Part shown: piece by piece, positions 56,761-64,000 of the stretch | Position numbering within the stretch: the stretch's first letter is position 1 | Layout: every line of letters begins with the position of its first letter | Assembly (NCBI GenBank): GCA_034422835.1 | Contig: DAOUJJ010000005.1 | Coordinates: forward strand, 74,891 to 138,890 | Origin: Dehalococcoidia bacterium | GTDB lineage: Bacteria > Chloroflexota > Dehalococcoidia > UBA6926 | Length of the DNA stretch: 64,000 nucleotides | Direction of reading: 5' to 3' | The notes under the pieces: model-generated | The model's database searches: none | The model's input: only the letters and a program-made list of their open reading frames with translations | Told to the model about the DNA's origin: nothing | Made by a program: the position numbers and the translations under genes

Positions 56761-59120
56761 GACTGATCTCCATTCTGCGCGTCCTGTATGGCGCGCCACA
56801 CGCACTCCGGCGTTAGCGGCATCGCGATGTCACGAACATTGAACGGGGCGAGAGCGTCAACAACTGCGTTGACCACGGCGGGGGGCGCGCCCGTCGTCGG
56901 CCCCTCTCCCATGCCCTTGACACCGAGTGGATTAGTTGGCGACGGAGTCTCGATGAATTCGGAGATGAATTCCGGCATCATCTCCGCCGTCGGCAGCGCA
57001 TAGTCCATTAGGGACCCGCTGAGCAGCTGGCCGTTCTCGTCGTAGACGATGTCCTCATAGAGCGCCTGGCCGATTCCCTGCGCTGCGCCGCCGTGAACCT
57101 GCCCCTCCACGATGACCGGATGCACGACCACGCCCTGGTCATCCACGCAGAACAATTGCTGCAGGTCTACGTCGCCTGTTTCAGGATCAACCTCCACCAC
57201 AGCGACATATGTGCCGTAGTTGAAGGTGAGGTGAGTCGGCTGGTAGAACGACGATTCGTCCAGTCCCATTTCCATGCTGGGCGGCCGCTCCAAGACCTGG
57301 TTGATTCGGGCAGCAACCTCGCGGAAGGTGATTGACGAGCCGTTGGCTGCGAACACGCCGTCCGTGAACTGCACGCCGTCCGGCTCTGCACCCAACGTGT
57401 GGGCAGCGAACCGGGTCATCTTTGCGAGGATCTTCTGGGAAGCCTGGAGCACGGCCATTCCGCCCACAACCATGTTCCGGCTGGCGAATGTGCCCATGCC
57501 ATACGTCACTGTCGCCGTATCACCGTGTGTGACGGAGATGTCGTCCAGTGGGACATGAAGAGTGTCCGCTGCCACCTGCGCGTAGGTTGTGTAGTTGCCC
57601 TGCCCGTGCGGCGAGGAACCCGTGTAGATGGTCACTGCTCCAGCGGGAGACACCTTCACACGCGCCCACTCAGGCATGGACGAGGAAGGGTCGAGGGACG
57701 ACGGGCCGAAGCCGCCGGTCTTGACCCAGGACGCGAGCCCGATCCCCAGATATTTCCCGTCTTCGCGCATTTCGCGTTGCCGCGCGCGCAAGCCCTCGTA
57801 GTCACTGACCTCAAGAGCCCGCTCCAGCGCCTCGGGGTAGTTTCCGCTGTCGTAGATGTCTCCGCCGGGCGTGCGGTAGTACGGGAACTCCTCCGGTTGG
57901 ATCATGTTCCGCCTGCGGATTTCCGCAGGGTCGATGTCGAGGTCACGCGCCAGCATGTCCATGGCGCGTTCGATCAGGTAGATTCCCTCGGGTCGACCGT
58001 ACCCGCGGTAGGCCCCCTCCGGCGTGTGGTTGGTGTAGACGGAATGGACTTCAAACGCGGCCTCTCGAATGCCATAGACACCGGTCGCGATGATGGCGGA
58101 TGTTTGCGCGACGATTGGAGTTGCGCCCTTGGGAAACGCGCCCAAATCCGTAGTGTGGCGGAGGCGCAGCGCCTTGACGCGACCGTCACGATCGGCGGCA
58201 ATCTCAAACTCCGAGGTTTTTCCACGCGCGTGGCTGAGGGATAGGAACTCTTCCGTGCGCGATGCAGCCCACTTGACCGGCAAGCCGAGCTCCATTGACG
58301 CGATGGCCAGAAGGAAGTACTCGACCTCTCCACCGTGTTTCGCGCCAAATCCCCCGCCGACGTCCGGCGCGACGGAGCGAATCTGATCGGGAGAAATGCC
58401 CAGCACCTCCGCCATCTGCGTTCGCAGTTCATGCGCACCCTGGATGGATGCCCAGATAGTCAGGAACTGCGTGGCGGGGTCCCAGTGGGCGATGCCGGCG
58501 CGCGGCTCCATGGGGACAGCGTGAATTCGCTGGTTGTTGAAATCATGCCGCAGGATAATCTCGGAGTCCTCGAACGTGCGGGACACATTCTCCGTGCTCT
58601 TGAGCCACCGAACCTGCTCATTGGAGCGGCCGTCATGCACTTCAGGCGCGCCGGGCTCCATCGCCTGCTCCGGTGTGTTGGCTACCCGCAGCGGCTCATA
58701 GTCGACTCTCAGCAGATCAGCCGCGTCGCGCGCCGCCTCCCGCGTCTCTCCAACGACAATGGCAACGATTTCCCCGGCGTACTTGGCCTTGTTCCTGGCG
58801 ATGAGGGTGAACGCGGGAGCGCCGCCTTCGTTGTCGCGATTCTCCGCGTCTCGCACGGCGAGAACGGGCGGAATCGGGTTATAGCGCGGATGGACATCCT
58901 CTCCGGTGAGAACACGCAGCGCTCCCGGATGAGCCAGCGCAGCCGAAGAATCGATATTGAGGATGCGGGCGTGAGCATGCGGGCTGCGGACGAAGTGCGC
59001 CCAGACGGTTCCAGGTATGTTGATGTCGTCGGAGAACGCGCCCTGCCCACGCAGCAGGCGATCATCTTCCTTGCGCCGGGGCGACTGGCCGATCTGACGA
59101 GGCGGGCTGTCTGTGGTCAT
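56757..59120 (-). CDS. form-II CoxL-like molybdopterin-binding large subunit (paralogue L)
   Basis: Shows MTTDSPPRQIGQSPRRKEDDRLLRGQGAFSDDI and the active-site loop GAYRGYGRPEG. The start is ATG 59118-59120 with a GGTGAGGTGAG Shine-Dalgarno, 10 nt after the S-subunit stop. Confidence 0.85.
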   Translation of the reverse strand: MTTDSPPRQIGQSPRRKEDDRLLRGQGAFSDDINIPGTVWAHFVRSPHAHARILNIDSSAALAHPGALRVLTGEDVHPRYNPIPPVLAVRDAENRDNEGGAPAFTLIARNKAKYAGEIVAIVVGETREAARDAADLLRVDYEPLRVANTPEQAMEPGAPEVHDGRSNEQVRWLKSTENVSRTFEDSEIILRHDFNNQRIHAVPMEPRAGIAHWDPATQFLTIWASIQGAHELRTQMAEVLGISPDQIRSVAPDVGGGFGAKHGGEVEYFLLAIASMELGLPVKWAASRTEEFLSLSHARGKTSEFEIAADRDGRVKALRLRHTTDLGAFPKGATPIVAQTSAIIATGVYGIREAAFEVHSVYTNHTPEGAYRGYGRPEGIYLIERAMDMLARDLDIDPAEIRRRNMIQPEEFPYYRTPGGDIYDSGNYPEALERALEVSDYEGLRARQREMREDGKYLGIGLASWVKTGGFGPSSLDPSSSMPEWARVKVSPAGAVTIYTGSSPHGQGNYTTYAQVAADTLHVPLDDISVTHGDTATVTYGMGTFASRNMVVGGMAVLQASQKILAKMTRFAAHTLGAEPDGVQFTDGVFAANGSSITFREVAARINQVLERPPSMEMGLDESSFYQPTHLTFNYGTYVAVVEVDPETGDVDLQQLFCVDDQGVVVHPVIVEGQVHGGAAQGIGQALYEDIVYDENGQLLSGSLMDYALPTAEMMPEFISEFIETPSPTNPLGVKGMGEGPTTGAPPAVVNAVVDALAPFNVRDIAMPLTPECVWRAIQDAQNGDQS

Positions 59121-59130
59121 GACACTCACC

Positions 59131-59610
59131 TCACCTGGAAAGTTGCTCCGCCGCGAATTCGATCGCCAGGACGATGTTCTGGTACCCCGTGCATCGACAC
59201 ATATTGCCCGCAAGCGCGTGACGTATTTCGTCACGGGTGGGGTTCGGGTTCTCGTTGAGGAGCGCCTTGGAGAGCATCAACATGCCGGGCGTGCAGAAAC
59301 CACATTGCAGTCCGTGCTTCTCCGCAAACGCCTGTTGGATGGGATGCAGATCGCCATCCGCGGCGGCAAGGCCCTCCACGGTCTCAATCTCTTGCCCGTC
59401 CGCCTGCGCGGCAAGCATCGAGCATGACTTGACCGCTTCCCCGTTAAGCAGAACCGTGCATGAGCCGCACTGGGACGTATCGCAACCGACGTGTGTGCCC
59501 GTCAGGCCGATGACATCACGGATGGCGTGAACAAGCAATAAGCGCGGCTCAACGTCTATGGAATGCTCGGTATTGTTGACGGTTAACGTAATTGACACCA
59601 AATCAGCCAT
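59131..59610 (-). CDS. (2Fe-2S)-binding small subunit (CoxS-like)
   Basis: Shows CxxGxCGxCxV…C (plant-type) and the C-terminal CGFCTPG…CRCTGY cluster motifs. The start is ATG 59608-59610 with a GGAGGGGAGG Shine-Dalgarno. Confidence 0.85.
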   Translation of the reverse strand: MADLVSITLTVNNTEHSIDVEPRLLLVHAIRDVIGLTGTHVGCDTSQCGSCTVLLNGEAVKSCSMLAAQADGQEIETVEGLAAADGDLHPIQQAFAEKHGLQCGFCTPGMLMLSKALLNENPNPTRDEIRHALAGNMCRCTGYQNIVLAIEFAAEQLSR

Positions 59611-59685
59611 AGCGCAGCAAGCCTCCCCTCCGTTTGCTACCCTCGCCGATGCTATTCCCACTGTGCGCGGGCGGTCAACTATTTA

Positions 59686-59752
59686 CAACCGCTCGTGGTG
59701 AGCCTGTCGAACCATGAACAGAACGCCCTTCGACAAGCTCAGGGCGAGCGGG
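59686..59752. repeat. imperfect 23-nt inverted repeat containing family-B motif copy 3 (CCTTCGACAAGCTCAGGGCGAGCGG)
   Basis: Left arm CCGCTCGTGGTGAGCCTGTCGAA pairs with right arm TTCGACAAGCTCAGGGCGAGCGG at about 20 of 23 positions, around a 16-nt spacer. It lies in the coxG-coxS intergenic gap. Confidence 0.65.
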
Positions 59753-59756
59753 AAGG

Positions 59757-60200
59757 CTATCCCTGCGCAGCAGCCTCTCGTGAGAGAGCCTCAAAGAACT
59801 GCCCCATCAGCATCCGCACGGCGGTCTGGATCATGCGCGATCCGATCTGCGCCAACGTCCCGCCCACCTGCGCGTCTGCCTCAACAGCGACAAGCGTGCC
59901 GTCACCGTCGGGGGAGAGTGTGATCGCGCCCTCTCCGGAGACGAAACCTGTCGGCCCCTGCCCACTCAGCGTCATCTTGTATGACTCGTTGACGGCAATG
60001 TCTTCAATTTCCACCGTGCCGTTGAATCGTCCCCTGATTGGACCAACGCCAACCGCAAGCATCGCGGAGAATTTTGTGGGCGTCTCCACGTCAAGGCTCT
60101 GACATCCCGGAACCATCCGCTGCAAAGCAACGGGGTCATGCAGCAATTCCCACACACGCTCACGCGGCGCATGGACGGTATGGCTGCCGCTGATGTTCAT
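59757..60200 (-). CDS. coxG: CoxG-like SRPBCC-fold protein (carbon monoxide dehydrogenase subunit G family)
   Basis: 147 aa with the MNISGSHTVHAPRERVWELLHDPVALQRMVPGCQSL… CoxG N-terminal signature. Confidence 0.75.
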   Translation of the reverse strand: MNISGSHTVHAPRERVWELLHDPVALQRMVPGCQSLDVETPTKFSAMLAVGVGPIRGRFNGTVEIEDIAVNESYKMTLSGQGPTGFVSGEGAITLSPDGDGTLVAVEADAQVGGTLAQIGSRMIQTAVRMLMGQFFEALSREAAAQG

Positions 60201-60205
60201 GCGGG

Positions 60206-61198
60206 TTAGTCAGTCGGTCCTGCGACGGGTGTGGCCGGGCGCGGCGGCTCAATAGCCACGCGCATTCCCTCTTCAAGTTGCCCGCGCACATCGTCGATGC
60301 TGGTGAGATGATGTTGTTCCACATAGGTCTTCAACCCGTCGATGACGTCCAGCATCGTTGTGGGACGTGTGAAATTGGCGGTGCCGACCGCGACGGCCGT
60401 CGCGCCCGCAAGGATGAACTCTAACGCATCCTTGGCAGACGTGATGCCGCCCATCCCGATAACAGGGAGCGAAACTGCAGCGCACACCTGCCAGACCATG
60501 CGAACGGCAATGGGACGGATGGCGGGACCGGAGACGCCGCCGGTCATCGTGCCCGTGACGGTTCTCTGATTGTCCACGTCGATAACCATGCCGGACAGGG
60601 TGTTGATGGCGGAGATGGCCGTCGCACCGCCCTGCTCTGAGGCCTGCGCGATATCAGCGATATTGGTGATATTCGGCGTGAGCTTGGCGATGACGGGGCC
60701 ATCGAAACGGTCCGACACGCCGCGCACAACGCGTTCAACATTGGCCGGGCTTGCGCCGATCTCCATGCCGCCCGCCTCAAGGTTCGGGCAGGAGATATTG
60801 ACCTCAAGCCCCGCGACGCCCGGTTCGCCGTTCAGCCGCTCAGCAAGGCGGTCGTATTCCTCGATCCCCAGCCCGCCGATGCTCACGACGACGGGCGAAT
60901 CGTACTTCGTATACTCGGGCAGGAGCTCGGTGAGGAAATGCTCGACGCCGCGCGACGGGATGCCGATGGAGTTGAGCATTCCGGCGGGAGATTCGGCGGT
61001 GCGGGGGGCGGGATTGCCTGCGCGTTCACCGTAGAAGATGGTCTTGGGAACGAGCGCGCCGAGCCGGCCAAGGTCAAACAGGGTTCCCATCTCCGGCCCG
61101 AAACAGCCGGATGCGGGCATGACCGGATTCTTGAGGGTCAGCCCGGCGCCGAGGTCAACCCCTAGCCTGCTGTCGGTCTCAGTGTCCTGTACGGCCAT
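60206..61198 (-). CDS. dihydroorotate-dehydrogenase-like flavoprotein, catalytic subunit (class 1B PyrD fold; possible dihydropyrimidine dehydrogenase subunit)
   Basis: Shows LKNPVMPASGCFGPE, …VNISCPNLEAGG… (active-site Cys) and …GGVSGPAIRPIA…, a TIM-barrel FMN enzyme of the DHOD/DPD family. Confidence 0.8.
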   Translation of the reverse strand: MAVQDTETDSRLGVDLGAGLTLKNPVMPASGCFGPEMGTLFDLGRLGALVPKTIFYGERAGNPAPRTAESPAGMLNSIGIPSRGVEHFLTELLPEYTKYDSPVVVSIGGLGIEEYDRLAERLNGEPGVAGLEVNISCPNLEAGGMEIGASPANVERVVRGVSDRFDGPVIAKLTPNITNIADIAQASEQGGATAISAINTLSGMVIDVDNQRTVTGTMTGGVSGPAIRPIAVRMVWQVCAAVSLPVIGMGGITSAKDALEFILAGATAVAVGTANFTRPTTMLDVIDGLKTYVEQHHLTSIDDVRGQLEEGMRVAIEPPRPATPVAGPTD

Positions 61199-61201
61199 CC
61201 C

Positions 61202-62119
61202 CTATACAGTAACGCCTGCCGGGTGACAGCGAAAGACGGGGCCGTCACGGCATACGAGCGGTGATTCCGCCGACTCCCCAAACGCGCCCGTTGCGCAGGA
61301 ATGGCAGTAGCCCAGACCGCAGGCCATATGGGCCTCAAGGGAGACGTACGTCTCAACATCCGCAGGAGCGGCGAGTCGGGTTGTCAGTTCGATCAGGCGG
61401 TTAGAGCCGCAGACGTAGGCCTGGTCGACGCGGCCCGAGTCAATGATCTCGCTGATCCACGGCTCCACGTTCCTGACGTCGCTGCTCCCATCAGCATCGT
61501 CGACATAGAGGGCGTGGCCGCGAGCCCTTTTGATGATGTCTTGCCCAAGGATGACATTCTTGTTGCGGGCGCTGAACACCGCGTATATCTCGATATTGCG
61601 CTGCTTGGCCTCGTCGATAAGCGTTGTCAGGGAACACACGCCGATGCCGCGCCCCACGATAAGAATGCCGTTGGCGTCATCGGAAATCGGGAATGGCCTC
61701 CCTACGGGGCCGACAATCTCCACGATATCCCCCGCCCTGCGCTGTGCCATCGCCGCCGTTCCATACCCCACAACGCGATAGACAAAATCAGCAGTGCCCG
61801 CCGCCTTGTCATAGCGATAAACGGCCATGGGGCGCGGCAGGATGGGGTGGACGTCCGTCGCTGAGCCGGGACGGATCACGCCGAATTGACCCGGCTCGCC
61901 GTTCGCCAATGCCTCGGAGCGCACGCGCATCAGATAGTGCTCCGGCGCGATCTCGTCGTTGGAGATGATCTCGGTTTCGACGAATGTCGCAGGCGGCGTA
62001 TGCGACCCGTTCGTGCGCATCACTTCCAGCCGCACGCTGGACGGCAGCCGTAGTTGCGGGACGTGCGTACCCGCGAAAACGGGAATCGTCCCGTTGGCGT
62101 CCATGAGTTCAGCTGTCAT
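61202..62119 (-). CDS. PyrK-like electron-transfer subunit (FAD/NAD-binding plus C-terminal [2Fe-2S])
   Basis: An FNR-like flavin domain plus the C-terminal MACGLGYCHSCATG…C cysteine cluster characteristic of PyrK. Overlaps the amidase gene by 4 nt. Confidence 0.75.
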   Translation of the reverse strand: MTAELMDANGTIPVFAGTHVPQLRLPSSVRLEVMRTNGSHTPPATFVETEIISNDEIAPEHYLMRVRSEALANGEPGQFGVIRPGSATDVHPILPRPMAVYRYDKAAGTADFVYRVVGYGTAAMAQRRAGDIVEIVGPVGRPFPISDDANGILIVGRGIGVCSLTTLIDEAKQRNIEIYAVFSARNKNVILGQDIIKRARGHALYVDDADGSSDVRNVEPWISEIIDSGRVDQAYVCGSNRLIELTTRLAAPADVETYVSLEAHMACGLGYCHSCATGAFGESAESPLVCRDGPVFRCHPAGVTV

Positions 62120-63453
62120 TCGGCAACCTCTTTCGTCAGGAAGGAGTCAATGTCCCGGATGCTCTCCGCGAGCGCCTGCGCGCCGATGGCGATGTCCTCC
62201 ATGCTCGTCCATTCTTCCGGGCAGTGGCTGAGACCGTCGCGGCTCGGCACAAAGAGCATTGCGGCAGGGATGGTGCGAGAGAGGATGCCGGCATCGTGCC
62301 CCGCCCCGCTCGTCGTCACTCGGTGCGGCACGCCAAGGCGGTCCGTGGCTGCGGTGGTGAGATCACGCAGCCACTTGGGCAGCACCACGGGTGAGGTATC
62401 CGACACAACCTCCCAGTCACAGCGCAGTCCGCGGCGGGCAGCCGTTTCCTCAGCGCGCGTAACAATGTCATTCGTCGTCAGCCGTTGGCGGTCGCTGTCC
62501 ACGTCGCGCACGTCAAGATAGAACTCCACGTCGCCGGGGATGGTGGTGATGCTGTTGGGAAAGACGTGGAGACGTCCGACGGTAGCAACGGTGGCGCGGC
62601 GGCGCGGCTCATTAGCAATGGACTCCGCTGCAAGAATGACTTCAGCTGCGGCGGCCAACGCATCACGCCGCTGGGACATGGGGGTGCCGCCTGAATGGTC
62701 CTGGCGGCCTCGTATCACAAGACGGATGCGGGTGTTTCCCGCGATGGCGTCCACAAGGCCGATGCGCTCTCCCGATTCCTCCAGTGACCGCGCCTGCTCA
62801 ATGTGCAGCTCAAGGAAGGCGGCAAGAGTGTTCGGAGCCCATCGCGCCTGCGGCAAGGCAAGAGGATCGAAGCTCAGCGCGCGCATCGCTTGGGCGAGCG
62901 TGGTGCCGTTCGCGTCACGCAGTCGCTCAAGATCGCGTTCCTGCAGGACACCGGCTATAGCCTTGCTGCCAAGGCACGGCTCGCCGAATCGCGCGCCTTC
63001 CTCAGAGGCAAATGCAATCGCCATGAGCGGATGGGCTGTTTTGATGTCTGCTTCAGTGAACATGCGGATGACTTCCAGCGCGGCAAGAACGCCAACGGCT
63101 CCGTCAAATCGCCCGCCGTGCGGTACGGAATCAAGATGTGAGCCGAAACCGATAGCGGGCCGGTTCGGGTCAGTCCCGGGCAGTGTTGCGACTGTGTTGC
63201 CGAAACTGTCCGTGCGGACGGAGAGGCCGAGGTCTACCATCCAACCTGAGACAAGATCGTGGGCCGCGCGCTCTTCCTGCGAAAACGCAATGCGCGAGAC
63301 GCCGCTGCCCGGCTCTGCGCCAATCTCTGACAAGCGTTCCAAGTCGGCTGCGATACGGCCGGGATCGGCGCGCAGCTCAGAGACAGCGACCTCGGATTCC
63401 TCCGCCGCGTCCGCCGATCCGGCCGCGAGCTCCTGCTCAGTCGTTGCCATCAA
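62116..63453 (-). CDS. M20-family Zn-dependent carbamoyl-amidohydrolase (allantoate amidohydrolase / N-carbamoyl-amino-acid or beta-ureidopropionase type)
   Basis: 445 aa carrying metal-ligand motifs of the AllC/HyuC/AmaB family (GSHLDSVPHGGRFDGAVGVLAALE, …EEGARFG…, …DHSGGTPM…, …GAGHDAG…). Confidence 0.8.
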   Translation of the reverse strand: MMATTEQELAAGSADAAEESEVAVSELRADPGRIAADLERLSEIGAEPGSGVSRIAFSQEERAAHDLVSGWMVDLGLSVRTDSFGNTVATLPGTDPNRPAIGFGSHLDSVPHGGRFDGAVGVLAALEVIRMFTEADIKTAHPLMAIAFASEEGARFGEPCLGSKAIAGVLQERDLERLRDANGTTLAQAMRALSFDPLALPQARWAPNTLAAFLELHIEQARSLEESGERIGLVDAIAGNTRIRLVIRGRQDHSGGTPMSQRRDALAAAAEVILAAESIANEPRRRATVATVGRLHVFPNSITTIPGDVEFYLDVRDVDSDRQRLTTNDIVTRAEETAARRGLRCDWEVVSDTSPVVLPKWLRDLTTAATDRLGVPHRVTTSGAGHDAGILSRTIPAAMLFVPSRDGLSHCPEEWTSMEDIAIGAQALAESIRDIDSFLTKEVAE

Positions 63454-63931
63454 CCCTCACCCTTACTGATATGAGCGAAAGCTCGTTTGCAACCTCACCC
63501 ACCCCAACCAGGGAGGCGGTAACCGCCAACCTGCCGCCCCTGTTCTCGACGAAAGCCCTGGCAAGATTGGCGTCGCGTTCGCTGAGAGTAACGCCCACCA
63601 AGGCGACTTCCTGCCCCGCCCCAACGTTGCCGGAAGCCGTGACAAGCCCCTCTGCATCAGACAGCAGGATGACAGGCTTGTCTACTCGCACGCCGATGGC
63701 AAATGCTAACACGACGTTGGACAGCCCCGGCCACGCGGCGATGATATCAGGCGCAGGAGATGGCAGCGCGTCCGACAGGCATCCGGCCAGTTCAGAGACG
63801 GCAGTGGGATTCGCCAGCGGCTCCATCGCCCCGGCAACCCAGCCGCTTTGGCCGTCGTCGGAATCCTCCAACTGCCCCTCAATAAGGCAGCCGGTGGACT
63901 TTAAAAGGTCAACAATATTCGTGTCATTCAT
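63437..63931 (-). CDS. hypothetical protein (weak phosphoribosyltransferase-like impression only)
   Basis: 164 aa, acidic, overlapping the amidase by 17 nt. Good GC3 bias. There is no convincing motif. The segment VALVGVTLSERDA resembles a PRPP-binding loop only loosely. Confidence 0.4.
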   Translation of the reverse strand: MNDTNIVDLLKSTGCLIEGQLEDSDDGQSGWVAGAMEPLANPTAVSELAGCLSDALPSPAPDIIAAWPGLSNVVLAFAIGVRVDKPVILLSDAEGLVTASGNVGAGQEVALVGVTLSERDANLARAFVENRGGRLAVTASLVGVGEVANELSLISVRVRVDGND

Positions 63932-64000
63932 TGGACTAGGTGTTGTGGCGTATCTTTCTTGTTTACCGGGCTGCGTGTTGTCAAGTTTAAAACATTCAGA

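Noticed and set aside
54923-59258. + strand ORFs of 403, 281 and 307 aa
   Set aside because: Antisense to the CoxL/CoxM/CoxL' genes.
53537-59610. Calling the S-L-M cluster a bona fide aerobic CO dehydrogenase
   Set aside because: Both large subunits carry the form-II AYRGAGR-type loop, not the form-I AYXCSFR signature. No coxDEF maturation genes are adjacent. The substrate is therefore left unknown.
60206-62119. Interpreting the PyrD/PyrK-like pair simply as biosynthetic dihydroorotate dehydrogenase 1B
   Set aside because: Not excluded. The tight coupling to an M20 carbamoyl-amidohydrolase, coxG and Mo-hydroxylase genes, away from any other pyr genes, makes a catabolic or DPD-like role at least as likely. 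It is flagged as a hypothesis rather than a call.
62540-63469. 309-aa + strand ORF
   Set aside because: Antisense to the M20 amidohydrolase. Ser/Ala/Arg-rich.

Overview
High-GC bacterial chromosomal segment, roughly two-thirds G+C by eye with strong GC3 bias. It is densely packed and reads as a core-genome region, not an accessory island. About 70 genes are present, and over 80% of them are on the minus strand.

Gene order from left to right:
- fabD (partial), rpmF, yceD.
- A split methylmalonyl-CoA mutase (B12-binding subunit and catalytic subunit) interrupted by two tandem double-VOC (epimerase-like) genes.
- ispG, then a vapBC toxin-antitoxin pair inserted between ispG and rseP.
- dxr, cdsA, uppS, frr, pyrH, tsf, rpsB in the conserved order.
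- Two tandem FmdB zinc-ribbon genes, dtd, two small membrane proteins, hflX, ctpA, a YHS-like gene, thiI.
- An ACT-domain malic enzyme, dedA, an alpha/beta hydrolase, secF, secD, cca, def, ruvB, an AlkD-like gene.
- An orphan Mo-hydroxylase large subunit, a GYD protein, a Nudix hydrolase, a GNAT acetyltransferase, nadK.
- A second tandem double-VOC pair.
- An 11-gene complex-I operon, nuoA-B-C-D-H-I-J-K-(small ORF)-L-M-N, with no nuoEFG.
- An orphan ABC ATPase, holA, and a membrane pseudokinase fused to a PQQ beta-propeller.
- ychF, then a Mo-hydroxylase cluster in the order S-L-M-L' with two form-II-like catalytic paralogs.
- coxG, a PyrD/PyrK-like flavoprotein pair, an M20 carbamoyl-amidohydrolase and a short hypothetical.

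I found no rRNA, tRNA, CRISPR array, transposase or integrase.

Non-coding structure:
- Family A is a 30-bp hairpin repeat in four copies.
- Family B is a 23-nt motif in three copies, often embedded in hairpins.
- Both families sit immediately 3' of minus-strand genes.
- Two classical hairpin-plus-T-tract terminators are present.

The ORF track contains many long antisense or alternative-frame ORFs, which is typical for high-GC DNA. I rejected these.

The candidates for a less-described system are:
- the coxG / S-L-M-L' / PyrDK-like / M20 amidase locus, which may be N-heterocycle catabolism;
- the translationally coupled 64-aa ORF inside the nuo operon;
- the kinase-dead membrane pseudokinase fused to a PQQ propeller.

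All functional calls rest on motif recognition from the translated sequence. I ran no database search.
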